Assembly (NCBI GenBank): GCA_010093745.1
Contig: MU006008.1
Span: forward strand, 1 to 45,101
DNA length: 45,101 bases
Direction of reading: 5' to 3'
From: Piedraia hortae CBS 480.64
Taxonomy: Eukaryota
Of this stretch, positions 10,590-22,180 are shown one piece after another (position 1 is the stretch's first letter; the number at the start of each line of letters is the position of its first letter). The position numbers were made by a program, and so were the translations under genes. The notes below the pieces were generated by a model, which saw nothing but the letters and a program-made list of their open reading frames with translations, made no database searches and was not told the DNA's origin.

Positions 10590-11620
10590 ATCAGTTACAG
10601 TGCTATATGGATCCCTTGCGGGCCTATGAGCACTCACACGACTACGATGCCGCGAGTAAAGTTCCACCCCAGGCCAGAGCTAGGGGCTTCGAAAACCTCG
10701 CCTTGACCCTTGTTTCTCTATTAGCATCATCTTGAGTCGGTAATGCATTCCACAACTGTCAGTGCTTCCATTATGGTGGAGAGCTTTCCATGGTACGCTT
10801 GGGAGCGCGTCGAACACTTCCCACTCCTTCGTCTCCTCATCCTCATCTTCCACCGCCACCTGGAACTGATCCAGCAGGCCAGTGCGCAGCAGCCATTTGG
10901 CCGCATACCCGGCTTTGTCCTCGTCTTGCAAGATTCCGTGTATTCGTGTGGTACCGGTGGTTGCCACAGAATCCCACAACATAGTGTAGGGTCTGTCTTT
11001 GTGGGCCACATGTGCACCGGGGATGTACCCCTGGGACACGTATCCTCGCGAGCTAGTCCCGCAGTCCAAGCACCTCGGTTCTGAGAAGACACAGCGCAGT
11101 GGCCTCATGTTAAGCCAGGCCATCGTATAGGTCTATTGGCTTCTTCTTCCATCATCCCTGCCAGGTAGCTGCGGTTCGCTCCAGATCATTTGCCTTCCCT
11201 CGCCATCGCTCCTCCCACTTGGCGTCGAAATGCACTTCCATAACATTGTGTACCCGTTGTCCCTCATCCATTGAAAGTCCACTCTGCTTGTCACAAACCG
11301 CGTCTCTACATGTACAGCCGACATGGTCGTATCCGGTTGGAGGGGGCGCTCTCGGCGCCTTCTCCCTCTTGTTCTTATTGCTGAGCTCCATACCTGCTGT
11401 AGGGCAGTGCTGATACTTTTTGTGACATCGTGCGTTGCGGTTTGGCCTGCTCTTTCGATCGCCAGCTGGTGCAGATGTCGAGCGGTGCAATGTCGTCAGC
11501 TTCATGTTCTATGGCTGCGACCGGTGCCCTTTTATATGCCCCTGTAATTTTGCGAATGCATCAGTTCTGGACCGTCATCAATGGCTCCAATGCTGACTTT
11601 GCCATGGACTGACCCCTCTT
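10590..11620 (-). mobile_element. 5'-truncated, degraded non-LTR retrotransposon (Tad1-like LINE), 3' part of ORF2; boundaries approximate
   Basis: Minus-strand frames give the post-RT motif VQN*CIRKITGAYKRAPVAAIEHEA, the C-terminal Cys motif LLRTEVLGLRD*LARIRVPGVHPRCTCGPQRQTLHYVVGFC, and AAKWLLRTGLLDQF. Confidence 0.8.
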
Positions 11621-14600
11621 TCCTAACGATCACATCTGAGCTCCGTCAATCATTATTGGCCTCGCCACGGCTGTGTACAATATCCTAGACTTTTTTGCTT
11701 ACAGCCCTCATCGACGACGTCATTCGTGCCATGGATTCGAATGCTTGCATGGAGTAAATTTCTGCTTCTTAACCATTACTTTATCTTAACATATCCTGAA
11801 GCTATACACCAAAGAAGTACAGTCACAACCTCTCCATCACTAACCTCCACAGACTCGATGCTCCCACCTCCCCTTCCACCCAGCTACTCTCCCCGCAACG
11901 CACCTCATCCATCCCATCAGCTTGGCGTGCGAGCACCACCATTGCCATCTCAACGAAGTATCTCTCTCCGCCTCATAGTGGCATCCCGACCTCCGAACGA
12001 CCCTGTTCCACAAACCACAGAACCGCTGCGAGATCCTGCACCCTGAGAAGTTGTGAAAGTCGATGAGATTTCAAGAATAGATAAGTTGCGGAGCGAGCTC
12101 CGGGTGAGTCTGTCGGTTGAGATGGCGGTCGTTGGAGAGAGGAAACCTGACGTCTTCTCCTCGGGATTGCTGGTTCCGTGGGAGGGACTTGGCGGTTGGC
12201 GGAGCGAATAAGTTTGTGGAATGCTTGGATGGGGCGTTGGTAGAAAGGAAAGCAGGCAGCGGTGTGCTGGAGCGGGATAGGTTCATCAACCTACTGACAG
12301 TAATTTGGTGGGGCTCAACCGTGCTATCTTACATGGGTCAAATGGTTCTTATGGGTAATGGTACACGAAGTAGAATAGCAGCCGTGCCTCCCTATTCACC
12401 ACAGTCAAAGAGACCCAGCGTGGGTCGTTTGCGTAACCAAGCCTCAATGCACTTGGTAAGTGTTTTTTTTTTCGTGGCGTAGTCGACACTTCTGGGTCTA
12501 GAAACGCCGCCCGCACGGGAAACTTCTTCATCCACATTTTGAGGAGAATCCTCTCGATGGCTTTACTCTGCCAGCGTGGGGCATCGCTTCTGGCCGCCTG
12601 ACTGACAAAGACGTGCGAGAACTCGGGGGTGTCATTCTCCACACTCACGATTTCTTGCAGGTTTCTCAAATCAGTCCACTGCGGTTCGTCCTGGATGTGC
12701 TTGTGCTGCAGAGGCCCCTGTCGAGCGCCATGCATTTGACTTGATAGGCCTACATGTTTTCATGGACAGGGTGCCAAAAGCTTGCTCGGGGATTGAGGGG
12801 ATTCGCACGGTATAGTTTCCCCGTTCAAGGTTGTTTTTTCCAACACCAGAGTCAATTATGTAGTCAGACGGCTTCGCCGCGCTATTGAGTTGGTCAGCCA
12901 GTTCTTTGAATACCTGGATCACTGCGTGAACTCAAGTTTCAAAGAGGAGCAAGTGCTGACCATCCATAAGACTGCCTGCAACCGCATCGTCCCGCCATAT
13001 TTCTCGAGCCCTGGCAGACATTATTTTAATAGCACATCCTCACTGTACCATACCAATGGTCAGGGGTGGTTGCCCTGTCTTTCTTGAAAGATTGCTGGAA
13101 GCAGGTACGATGTCTTGGGATCCAACCGCATCTCCCCACATGTTCCCATGCTGGGATCAACCCAGATGGGATTAGCTGTCTTTGCCCGCTACTAATGGAA
13201 TTTCGCGCTAGCTAGGGGACGAGCTCCCCTCTTAGACAATGCAACTTCCCTCCTGAGCTTGCAGCTAAGCTTGGCTTCCTACTCTGGCTTGGGCAGGCCT
13301 CGGATCACTAGTTGCAAGTTCGCACAATATCTGCAACCAGTGCATGTTCTCTGCGTGATGTCTCTCCTGAATCACGCACGAAATGGCTGCATTTTGCTGA
13401 GAAGTAGCTTCAACGGAGTCGAGTCCTAGGATTTTGTGAATTTATAGAAGCGTATCGCTTCATCAACTTCAGAGTGTGATCTCCGAGCCTGGCGGCTGAG
13501 ACGTAGCAACATACCCTGCCATTCCCACGACAGTTCCGCTGGCGTGTGCGTGTGTGTTACATATGTGGGGCCAACCTGATACCCCTGGACCGGACCGCAA
13601 GTGCCGAGGGCACGTGCCTTGGAAAAAATTGTTATGTGGGTGATTTTATTCTGTGGAGTATACAATCCACAACATGGGGGTGCTATGGGACTAGAGTAAC
13701 GACTTCCGCAGTATGATAGCGGATAAAGCAATACGTTTAGTGATGAGTGGCCTTTTCACTATTTCTCGTTCGATCATGTATTTCAATTCACCAGAATGAC
13801 CAGGTTGATCATAGAAGCCCTATGATTTTGTGCACAAGACTCCCCTTCCTGTTACGACATTAACCAAACCTCCTTGCGATATGCTTAGCCCTTCTCCACA
13901 TCGGCCCAATACGCGGTGCAAACAGGTCCTCCATGCCGGGTGCAGAAAATACAAGGGTATGATTTCTGTGTGATCACCTCTATGCATAGGAGCAGCCCAT
14001 CTAGCCCAGCCACTCCCTGCGCCCGGAGGAATTCTTGTGCGCCACACAGACAGCAATGTGAACTGGGCCCTTCGAGTCTGAACAAACCAAGATTGGAAAA
14101 CGAGTGGATAACGCAGTGGCATTTCTGTGGGATATTCGCAGACCCAACTAGCCAATTCTACCCGACATTGTATGGCCCCGCAGAGCAGAAAAACGAACGT
14201 GAGTGCACATCAGGGAGGCATTCTTTCCCCAAAAATCAGCCAAGAAGATTGACCCACCTGCGGATAAGATGATAGTTGAATGGAAGGGACAGATCAAAGA
14301 GCTTCTATTCAAATCGATACTCAACCTCCCGGCAAAATCACATTTACCGCACCCCTTCACATTTGCACAAGGTGCAAGCATGGGAAAATAAATGTTATGT
14401 GAGCAAAGCTGTAGGGTGATTGTTCGCCCATACCTCGTGCAAAGGACATTTGGTCGGAAAAAAGGCCGTGTCCAACCCAGTACGCGCAGCGAAACAACTG
14501 TTCACATATTCAGGTTCGCTTTGCAATGTGCTTCGATTGAACTCCACTAAAACCCGGCACGAGAAAGGTTACGTCTATTACGAGACATATTGAGGGAAGG

Positions 14601-15412
14601 AATGCAGCACGACATGCCACCCCTCCACCCCTCCCCCTTCCAGCTCCAAATCCCGTGGGAAAATCATCCGTGGAAGTTGACCCCCCAAGGAGTCACTTCC
14701 TCCACTGTAAGGTATTCACAAGCTGCATCTCTTTGATAAAAATACCCCACCAAGTTATCCCCTGCCATTGTCATCATTAATCGCTCCAGCTTTCTCTGAG
14801 ATGAATGCAGAGATGTTTGCTACGCCACGAGCCGTCAGCGACGAATAGGCGAGGCCAGACTACGGGCTTCCTTGCAGGTGCAACGCTCCATCGTGCCCGA
14901 AGTTGAACACTACTTCAGCTTCGCGGTTGACGACTTGGAGTACAGAACAGTCAACACCACGGCTACTCTCTGGTCAGTGCAAGGCTTTTGGGGAAGAGTG
15001 TTGAACTGCAGGGATGTCCAGCTTCCCCATGCGTTGGGGGCATATGGTTGAGTTAAAAAGGACGAACTGATAGTGTGAGTATATTGAGGTAAATATATAT
15101 GTATATAGTTGTACTAAAATCTGCAACCATACATCGTTCATGATAATCACGTGACACATCCTTAACTGTTTGGAACTATTGTCTCGTAGCCACGACAAGC
15201 TCAAGTAATCAAGCGTTTTGCAAATCAACAAAGGAAAAATTATGGGTTTTGACAAGATACACGGCACTACAACAGCACAGCAACAAAACCTTCCACCACT
15301 CCACCTACATATTCACCAAGCACAATCCTAAACACAAGCAAACCCCACATCCAAATATCCCCTACGAAAGATAAAAAAACACCACAAAATGCAACCAAAA
15401 GGTACCTCCATG

Positions 15413-16301
15413 CTAACACGGTCTCTGCTCCGCTTCGTACGGATTCCAGAGCAACCTCTCATCAAAATTCCACGATTCACGAAAGCTCCTCGGCGATTTC
15501 GGTCGGGGGAAGAACCTCTTCCCGTCTTCCAAACTTCTCAGAATAGCCTCAAGATAACCCCGTTCGCGTTGATACCATTCCAACTCCTCGATGAGTTTGC
15601 GAAGCGTTTGTTGTAAACGGGCGATGGTTTGGTATGCTTCGCGTTCGCGTTCTTTGCGGCGTTGGCGGAAGCGTGCGCTGGCGCCAGCGTTGCGGCGGCG
15701 TTTTTCGTCGGCCACGCGGGAGGCGGCTTGGACGTCTACCGGGAGGCGGACGGGTCCGGCGGACGGGTCCGGCGGCCAGGTCGAAGGTCATCATTTTGTA
15801 AGCATTGGGGAGGCTGTGAGAGTTGTAGGACTGGTTGGAGTGGCGGGAGTTGGTGGGGCTCGCGCTGCGGCGGCTGTGTTTGGATCGGCTGGGTTCCGAT
15901 GGGGGAGTGGGGTGGGAGAATTGGTTGGAATATTGGTAGTGGTACTGCTGGGGGGCGCTGTAGAGCGGTAGCGAATGCTGCTTGCGAGGGGAGCTGTAAG
16001 GTTGTTGTTGGGGTGGACTGTGAGGCTGCTGGTGCTTGCGAGGATAGTTGCAGAGCTGCCTAGGCGAGCCGAGAAAAGGTCTTTGCTGGACGTTGATGGT
16101 CGCTTGAGGGGGCTGAAGAGCGAAAGACGGCATACGGGGGGAACATGGGCTTTGTGCGGGAGAGGGAGGCATGGCAAGGCCCAAGGGAGGAAGACATGGT
16201 CGGGCGTGTGATTGGACTGGCGAGTTCAAGATGGCAGAGATGTGTGCACGACGAGGCTCAACCCCAGGATGGGAATACATGGGTGGAAGATGGATAGCCA
16301 T
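15413..16301 (-). pseudogene. bZIP transcription factor frameshifted by a 13-bp tandem duplication (or an assembly error)
   Basis: Removing one copy of GGCGGACGGGTCC (15745-15770) fuses the two ORFs into 291 aa reading YKMMTFDLAAGPVRLPVDVQAASRVADEKRRRNAGASARFRQRRKERE plus leucine zipper. Confidence 0.85.
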
Positions 16302-16793
16302 TGTAACGTTGAGAGAGGGCTACGGGATCAAAGAAGTATTTAAACAGGTAGTCGGGGTCGGGACGGCAACGAGCTGCATATCGTTTATTGCAGTTACAAG
16401 TGGCGGTGAACATCTTCCTTTTTTTTTTCCTAATGCTTCTTTTTCGAATTTTCATTTTCTTTTTCTTCATGGTGTAGTGTTTGAGGTTGACAACGTTGAG
16501 ATTGGATCGATCGATAGGGTAATTACACTCTGCTGGACCCCCGGGTGCAGATCTGACGCAACCAGGTTGTTACAGGCATTTGGGTATCTGGTTGATGATG
16601 TTGACTACCAGACATTGCAGGGACATGTCAGTCCACACAGCTGATCCCCACGTGCACACCGGCAAGGCGCATGTAAAGCAAGGACGGAACGGTACCGTCA
16701 CACATGACATGCGTCGTGCACGCCATCGGCTGCCGAGAGGGGGCGTCATCGTTTTTACCACACATAATCCTACGTGCAGTAGATAGCAATAGA

Positions 16794-17699
16794 ATGAAAC
16801 ACTACGAGGCGACGCCTTACCTGCTGCCCGGCTGCAAGCTGGGCGAGGCTCCCTTTTGGGACAAAGACCACAACGAGCTGCGGTTTGTGGACATCAAGGC
16901 GCCGGCGATTCACTTTGTCAACCTCGAAAAGGGGCCGAGCTCGCACCGATGCGTGAGGCTCGAGGATTGCATCACCGTCACCGCCAACGTGCAAGGTAAC
17001 ACGGGCGATGATGAATTTGCGTTTGCCGGCCGCCACGGGTTCGGCCTCATGGATCGTCGCACAGACAAAGTGCGCTGGATCCGGCGCATGTGGGCTGCCG
17101 ACGACCCTGCTGGCAATGGCATGCGGGCCAACGACGGCGCTGTCGACCCCCACGGCCGTTTCTTTGCGGGCGCTATGGAGGACGGCCCAGACCCGGGCAA
17201 CCGTGGCGTGTTATTCTGCCTGCACCATGATCTCGGCCTCACCCGCATCAAGGAACGCGTCAGAATCCCGAACGGCATTTCGTGGGGGCACGGCTATATC
17301 TTCTTTACCGACTCACCGACGCGCACCATTGTCCGGGCGCCATATGACGTCGACCGCGCCACGGTAGACTGGGCTGCCAGCGAGCCCTTTTACGTCAGCC
17401 CCCAGGGTTGCGTACCCGATGGCCACGCCGTTGACGAAAACGGCCGGCTTTGGGTCGCCCTGTACGGCGCCGGCAAGGTGGTACAGCTGGACGAATCAGG
17501 ACAGCCAACGTCGACGGTTTCTTGTTCAACACGTTGCGTTACCTGCCCCGCCATTTGCGGCACCCGTCTATTCATCACCAGCGCGACCGAAGAGGAGGCG
17601 GACAAGCATCCGTGGAGCGTCAAGCACCAGGGGGGCGTGTTCAGCGTTGACATTGGCCTACGCCCCCGCACGCCTAACCGGTTTGTCCTAGACGCCTAG
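16794..17699 (+). CDS. SMP-30/gluconolactonase/regucalcin-like beta-propeller protein
   Basis: LGEAPFWD, RANDGAVDPHGRFFAG, IPNGISW, VPDGHAVDENGRLWVA motifs. Confidence 0.92.
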   Translation: MKHYEATPYLLPGCKLGEAPFWDKDHNELRFVDIKAPAIHFVNLEKGPSSHRCVRLEDCITVTANVQGNTGDDEFAFAGRHGFGLMDRRTDKVRWIRRMWAADDPAGNGMRANDGAVDPHGRFFAGAMEDGPDPGNRGVLFCLHHDLGLTRIKERVRIPNGISWGHGYIFFTDSPTRTIVRAPYDVDRATVDWAASEPFYVSPQGCVPDGHAVDENGRLWVALYGAGKVVQLDESGQPTSTVSCSTRCVTCPAICGTRLFITSATEEEADKHPWSVKHQGGVFSVDIGLRPRTPNRFVLDA

Positions 17700-18624
17700 C
17701 CTGGAGGTGCAGTTTCAGATCCTTTCCCTTTGTGGCTAAATCTCCGACCTTGTGCCCCCACTCTCCGTCCCCCGCACGTTGCTTGCGCCAGACCCGCGTC
17801 AAGCCCTGGATTCTGCCTGAACCGTCATTCGTCGTCGTCATCAGCACCCTGGCCATTGGGTTCCAGCCCCCAATTATTGTGCCTTTTATCTCTTCGTATA
17901 AAAAGCAGATCTTATTGGGCAAGGTGATTCCAGGCGACCGGATAAGATGCGGCGTCGTCAGGGACCATGTCTTGCCGTAAATAGAGTAGGGATTACGATA
18001 GCGAACATTTGACTGTAACGACCTTGAGGTCATTCCCCCGTTGTCCGTTTCCACGGTGAAGCCACACACAAGAAGTCAGCGAGACGACTTCTTTTACCTA
18101 CCTTCCGTTGCACGGCATCGCTTGTCTGCAGCTCACGGTACAAGCAAGACGGCAAGGCAAGTGCCACTTGCGTCAACGTTGCAGTGAACAGTTTTCGTTG
18201 GGAAAGGGGGGTGGGGGGGGTGTGGTGACCGGGTAAACAACCATTCAGCCTGTGGTCATATCCGTTTAATATGCTTACCCACTTCCCCGCCGCATGGGAT
18301 TGCAGTTGGGCGAAAAAGCACGTACATTTAATATGTGCAGAACAATCCTTTTTCCTTGCAAAGAAATGCGACAATTGAGTGCCCGCCACCGTACACCCGG
18401 GAATGGGCAATTGCCATTCTTTTTTTCAATATGTGAAAGCAGCTTTGTGCGGTCAAGGTTACTGTTCGGATCAGACTTTGGGTAGAGTTCTGTCACTTTC
18501 GCCATGTGGGTAATTGCGCGGGACACGTGATGACGGAACGGAGCGGGCCGGACGGGAAACACGTGTTGCGGGGGTTAGTGAAAAGAACGTCAGCCAAGAG
18601 ATAAAGTCAGTTGAGGGGAACGAA

Positions 18625-19944
18625 ATGGTCAAGGAGACGGCCTATTACGATGTCTTGGGCGTGTCCGTGACGGCGACGGAAATTGAGATCAAAAAAGCAT
18701 ACCGTAAACAGGCCATCAAACTCCACCCGGACAAGAATCCAGACGATCCAAATGCCCACGAAAGGTTCCAGGAAGTCGGCGAGGCATACCAGGTGCTCTC
18801 CAACCCGGATCTGAGGAAGCAATATGATATTCACGGCAAGGAGGGCGCCAAGCCGGATTCAGGGTTCGAAGACCCCGCGGAGTTCTTCAACATGATCTTT
18901 GGCGGTGAGGCGTTTGTGGATTGGATTGGGGAGATTTCCATGATGAAGGATCTGGGCAAGAGCATGGAGATTGCAACAAAGGAAGAGGAACAGAATGCTG
19001 CTGACGTTCAACCGGAGAATGTGACTACAGCGGGCGGTGAGGCTTCGATGAAGCGGCCGAGCGGAGTCCCCACCCGACTGGCAATTGCAGATAAGTCAGA
19101 GGAAGAGACTGTAGCAGCTGGAGTACCAATGGGCGAGGCGGAACAGCGATTGCGGGAAAAGGAGAAGAAAAAGGGAGGGCTGACCAAGGAACAGCGCGAA
19201 GAACTTCGGGCGTACGAGTTGGAGCGCAAACGCGTGCGGGAGGAGCGTGTGCAGACGCTAGCCAAGAAGCTAACAGATCGCGTCAGCGTATGGACAGAGA
19301 CGGACAAGAGTGATGATGTGACGAATGCGTTTCGGGAAAAGATGCGGCTGGAGGTGGAGAACCTCAAGATGGAATCGTTTGGTCTGGAAATCCTCCATGC
19401 CATTGGCCAAGTATACGTTACCAAAGCCACGACCTTTATACGGTCGCAGAAGCCCATCATCGGCGGCGTATCAGGCTTCTTTAGCCGGCTCAAAGACAAA
19501 GGTGCCATGGTGCGTGAGACTTGGGGAACGGTATCTACAGCCATTTCGGCACAAATGGAGATTGAAGAAATGGCACGACTAGAGGAAAAGGGCGGCGAGC
19601 AGTGGACAGCAGAGGCCAAGGCTGACTATGAGAAGCGAGTGACTGGCAAAATCCTCGCAGCTGCCTGGCGTGGAAGCCGGTTTGAAATTCAAAGTGTCCT
19701 ACGTGACGTCTGTGACGAGGTACTTGAAGATAAGAAGGTGAAGCTTGATAAGCGCATCGAGCGTGCACATGCACTCATAGAGATTGGGGAGATGTTCATC
19801 CGCGCGGAGAGAGATCCCGACGAAGAGGGCGATTACATGGCTTTTGAACAGCTCATGGCTGAAGCTACGGCTAAACGTGAAAAGGAGGGAAAGGGAAAGG
19901 ATAAGAAGGAGGCCAAGGAAGCGAAGAAAATGGCAAAGAAGTAA
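18625..19944 (+). CDS. DnaJ protein with DnaJ-X domain (Djp1/Caj1-like)
   Basis: [20 protein letters not shown]-domain; [16 protein letters not shown]-domain. Intronless. Confidence 0.93.
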   Translation: MVKETAYYDVLGVSVTATEIEIKKAYRKQAIKLHPDKNPDDPNAHERFQEVGEAYQVLSNPDLRKQYDIHGKEGAKPDSGFEDPAEFFNMIFGGEAFVDWIGEISMMKDLGKSMEIATKEEEQNAADVQPENVTTAGGEASMKRPSGVPTRLAIADKSEEETVAAGVPMGEAEQRLREKEKKKGGLTKEQREELRAYELERKRVREERVQTLAKKLTDRVSVWTETDKSDDVTNAFREKMRLEVENLKMESFGLEILHAIGQVYVTKATTFIRSQKPIIGGVSGFFSRLKDKGAMVRETWGTVSTAISAQMEIEEMARLEEKGGEQWTAEAKADYEKRVTGKILAAAWRGSRFEIQSVLRDVCDEVLEDKKVKLDKRIERAHALIEIGEMFIRAERDPDEEGDYMAFEQLMAEATAKREKEGKGKDKKEAKEAKKMAKK

Positions 19945-20141
19945 TTGGTAATCCTGATACATAGCGTCCATGTATTCACTGTACTGTTACAGTCTGTACG
20001 TGTAGATCTCGACTTTCACCAGAGTGCAATACTCCACGAGAGCAATAATGTCCAATACAATGCAAATACAAAAGTGAAGCCCATCTCCCTGTCTATCCAC
20101 AAACATCCCAATAAACATACATCGATCCCCCTCACAGTACT

Positions 20142-21960
20142 CTACTTCCCCTCCCTCTTCAACCTTTCCCTCCTCTCCTCCGCAAGCAGGACACTCCTCC
20201 TCCTAATCCTGCCTGCATCTCCAAAAATCTCACCCACCAAGCTCCGTTTATTAACCTTTCCCATCGCATTCCTCGGAATCTTCTCCACAACCGCCAAATC
20301 CTGCGGAATCTTATATGGCGCAAGCCGATCCGCGAGCGCCCTCCTCATCTTCAACGCCGTCCACCCTTCCATCCCCTTATTCAGAACAACAACCGCAGCG
20401 CATTTCTGTCCCCACGCTTCCGATGGCAGCGCAACGACAGCACACTCCGCGACTTCAGGGAGGGAGAGTAACTCCCTCTCCACCTCCAACGCAGAGACTT
20501 TCTCCCCCCCGGTTTTGATGATATCCGCGGACAGCCGGCCGAGGATAAAGTATGGTGAGCCTTTGATCCACGCGTCTGTCCCACTAGGGGATTGGGCGGG
20601 TCGGCGGATGGCCATATCCCCCGTTTTGAACCACCCGTCGGATGTGAATGCTGAGGATGTGGCGTCTGCGTTGCGGAAGTATTCCTTGAAGACTGTCGGA
20701 CCGCGGATGTGGATTTCTCCGGGGATGTTGTCTTCGAGGATGGGGGTGTTTGTTTCGATATCGACGAGTCGGGCTTCGACGCCGGGTAAAGGCCAGCCTA
20801 CGGAACCATCGATTCGGGTTGCGTTGTCTAATCCGCAGGATAGCGCCATGCCGATTTCGGTCATGCCGTACCGTTCTAGCAGCACGTTGCCGTGTGTGAG
20901 GTTCGTCCAGGCCGTTTTGGTAGGTGTGGGTAGCGCTGCTGAGCCAGAGATGTTGAGGCGGAGGTTTTTCGGGTTTATGGCTGTGCTGGCGGCGGTTTGG
21001 GTCTCTGGGGGAAGGGTAGGGTAGCGTTGCAGGAGACGGGTCCAGACTGTGGGTACGGCGGTGAGGAAAGTTATGGGGTCTCGATGTCCGCCAGGGAGAA
21101 AGGGCTCCGATAGACGGTGCCAGACTTGATCCACATTGAAGGGAAATTGGAATTCTATTGTGCTGCCTGCGAGGAGAGGGGTCAATAATGCGTTGACGGT
21201 GCCGTGGATGTGGTGAAGTGGGAGGATGTGTAGGAGTCGGTCTTTGGGTGAGTATTTCCACGCTTCAATGAGGCTCTTTGCCTGCGCTGCAAGAGCTCGG
21301 GTGGGGAGTAAGACGCCTTTTGGTCTTGCTGTTGTTCCGGATGTGTACAGCATCATCCCCCCCCGTTCGTCCTCCGGCGTCCATGCAATCTCTCTTGCAT
21401 CTGCATGAATTTCAATAGCTTCATGTCTGATTACCGTAGGCTTAGACTCCAGCCCTTCTGCCATCGTCTCGTCTGCGAGTTTTGCAAACTTGTCCGAGGA
21501 GACAAAGAGCTTTGCTCCGCTCTGGGAGATAATATACCGCAGCTCGACAGCTGGATAAGCCGGCGATAGAGGCACGGCTACAGCTCCGCTACCGAGACAT
21601 GCGAGCAGGGTAACTATACATCACATTTTCATGAGCCCTCCCAGTGTGAATTATCTAAAACGTACCCACATAGTCGTAATTGTTTGGGAGGAGAAATGCT
21701 ACCCGCTCACCCTCCAGTCCCTGGCCACCTGATTCCCGTAGCAGCTTCTCCTTTGTGACTGCGACGTCTGAGAGCAGGGATCCGTAGAGGAACTTGCGTT
21801 GCGACTTGGAGTGTTCGACTGCTACAGACTGGGGGTCGTGCTGGGTAATGGCTTCGAGGAAGACGTTCATCTGCAGCTGAACGCTGGCCATTGTAGCTAC
21901 ACCGCGGAACGGGCTCAGAAGAGGACGTGGACGACGGAGGAGCGAAGAGAACAGGCGCAT
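20142..21960 (-). CDS. AMP-binding acyl-CoA synthetase (ACSF3/malonyl-CoA synthetase-like) with mitochondrial-type presequence; intron 21614-21665
   Basis: YTSGTTARPKG, LPLHHIHG, ERYGMTEIG, WFKTGD, PRNAMGKV motifs; GTACGT..TAG intron joins the two ORFs in frame. Confidence 0.92.
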
Positions 21961-22180
21961 ACTGTCCTGTGCTTTACATTTTCTTTTGAAGTTGCATTAG
22001 CGCGGCCGCTAGATATACAAGATATCGAAATACGAAGCTACGTAAAGCCCTAAGAGACATACAAGATAGAGACTTGTCAACAAGCCTACAGGATGTCTGG
22101 AATGTCAACGCCTACAGGCTGTTAAGCCAAAGCTACACAATACGCTACGCCGTTTCTTCTGTCGTACAACACACTCTACT

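Noticed and set aside
13200..15260. Scattered short ORFs, including a VVNREA peptide echo of the 12349 ORF
   Set aside because: Match is only six residues and there is no supporting DNA similarity or family motif.
19945..21024. 359-aa plus-strand ORF
   Set aside because: Antisense shadow of the acyl-CoA synthetase CDS.
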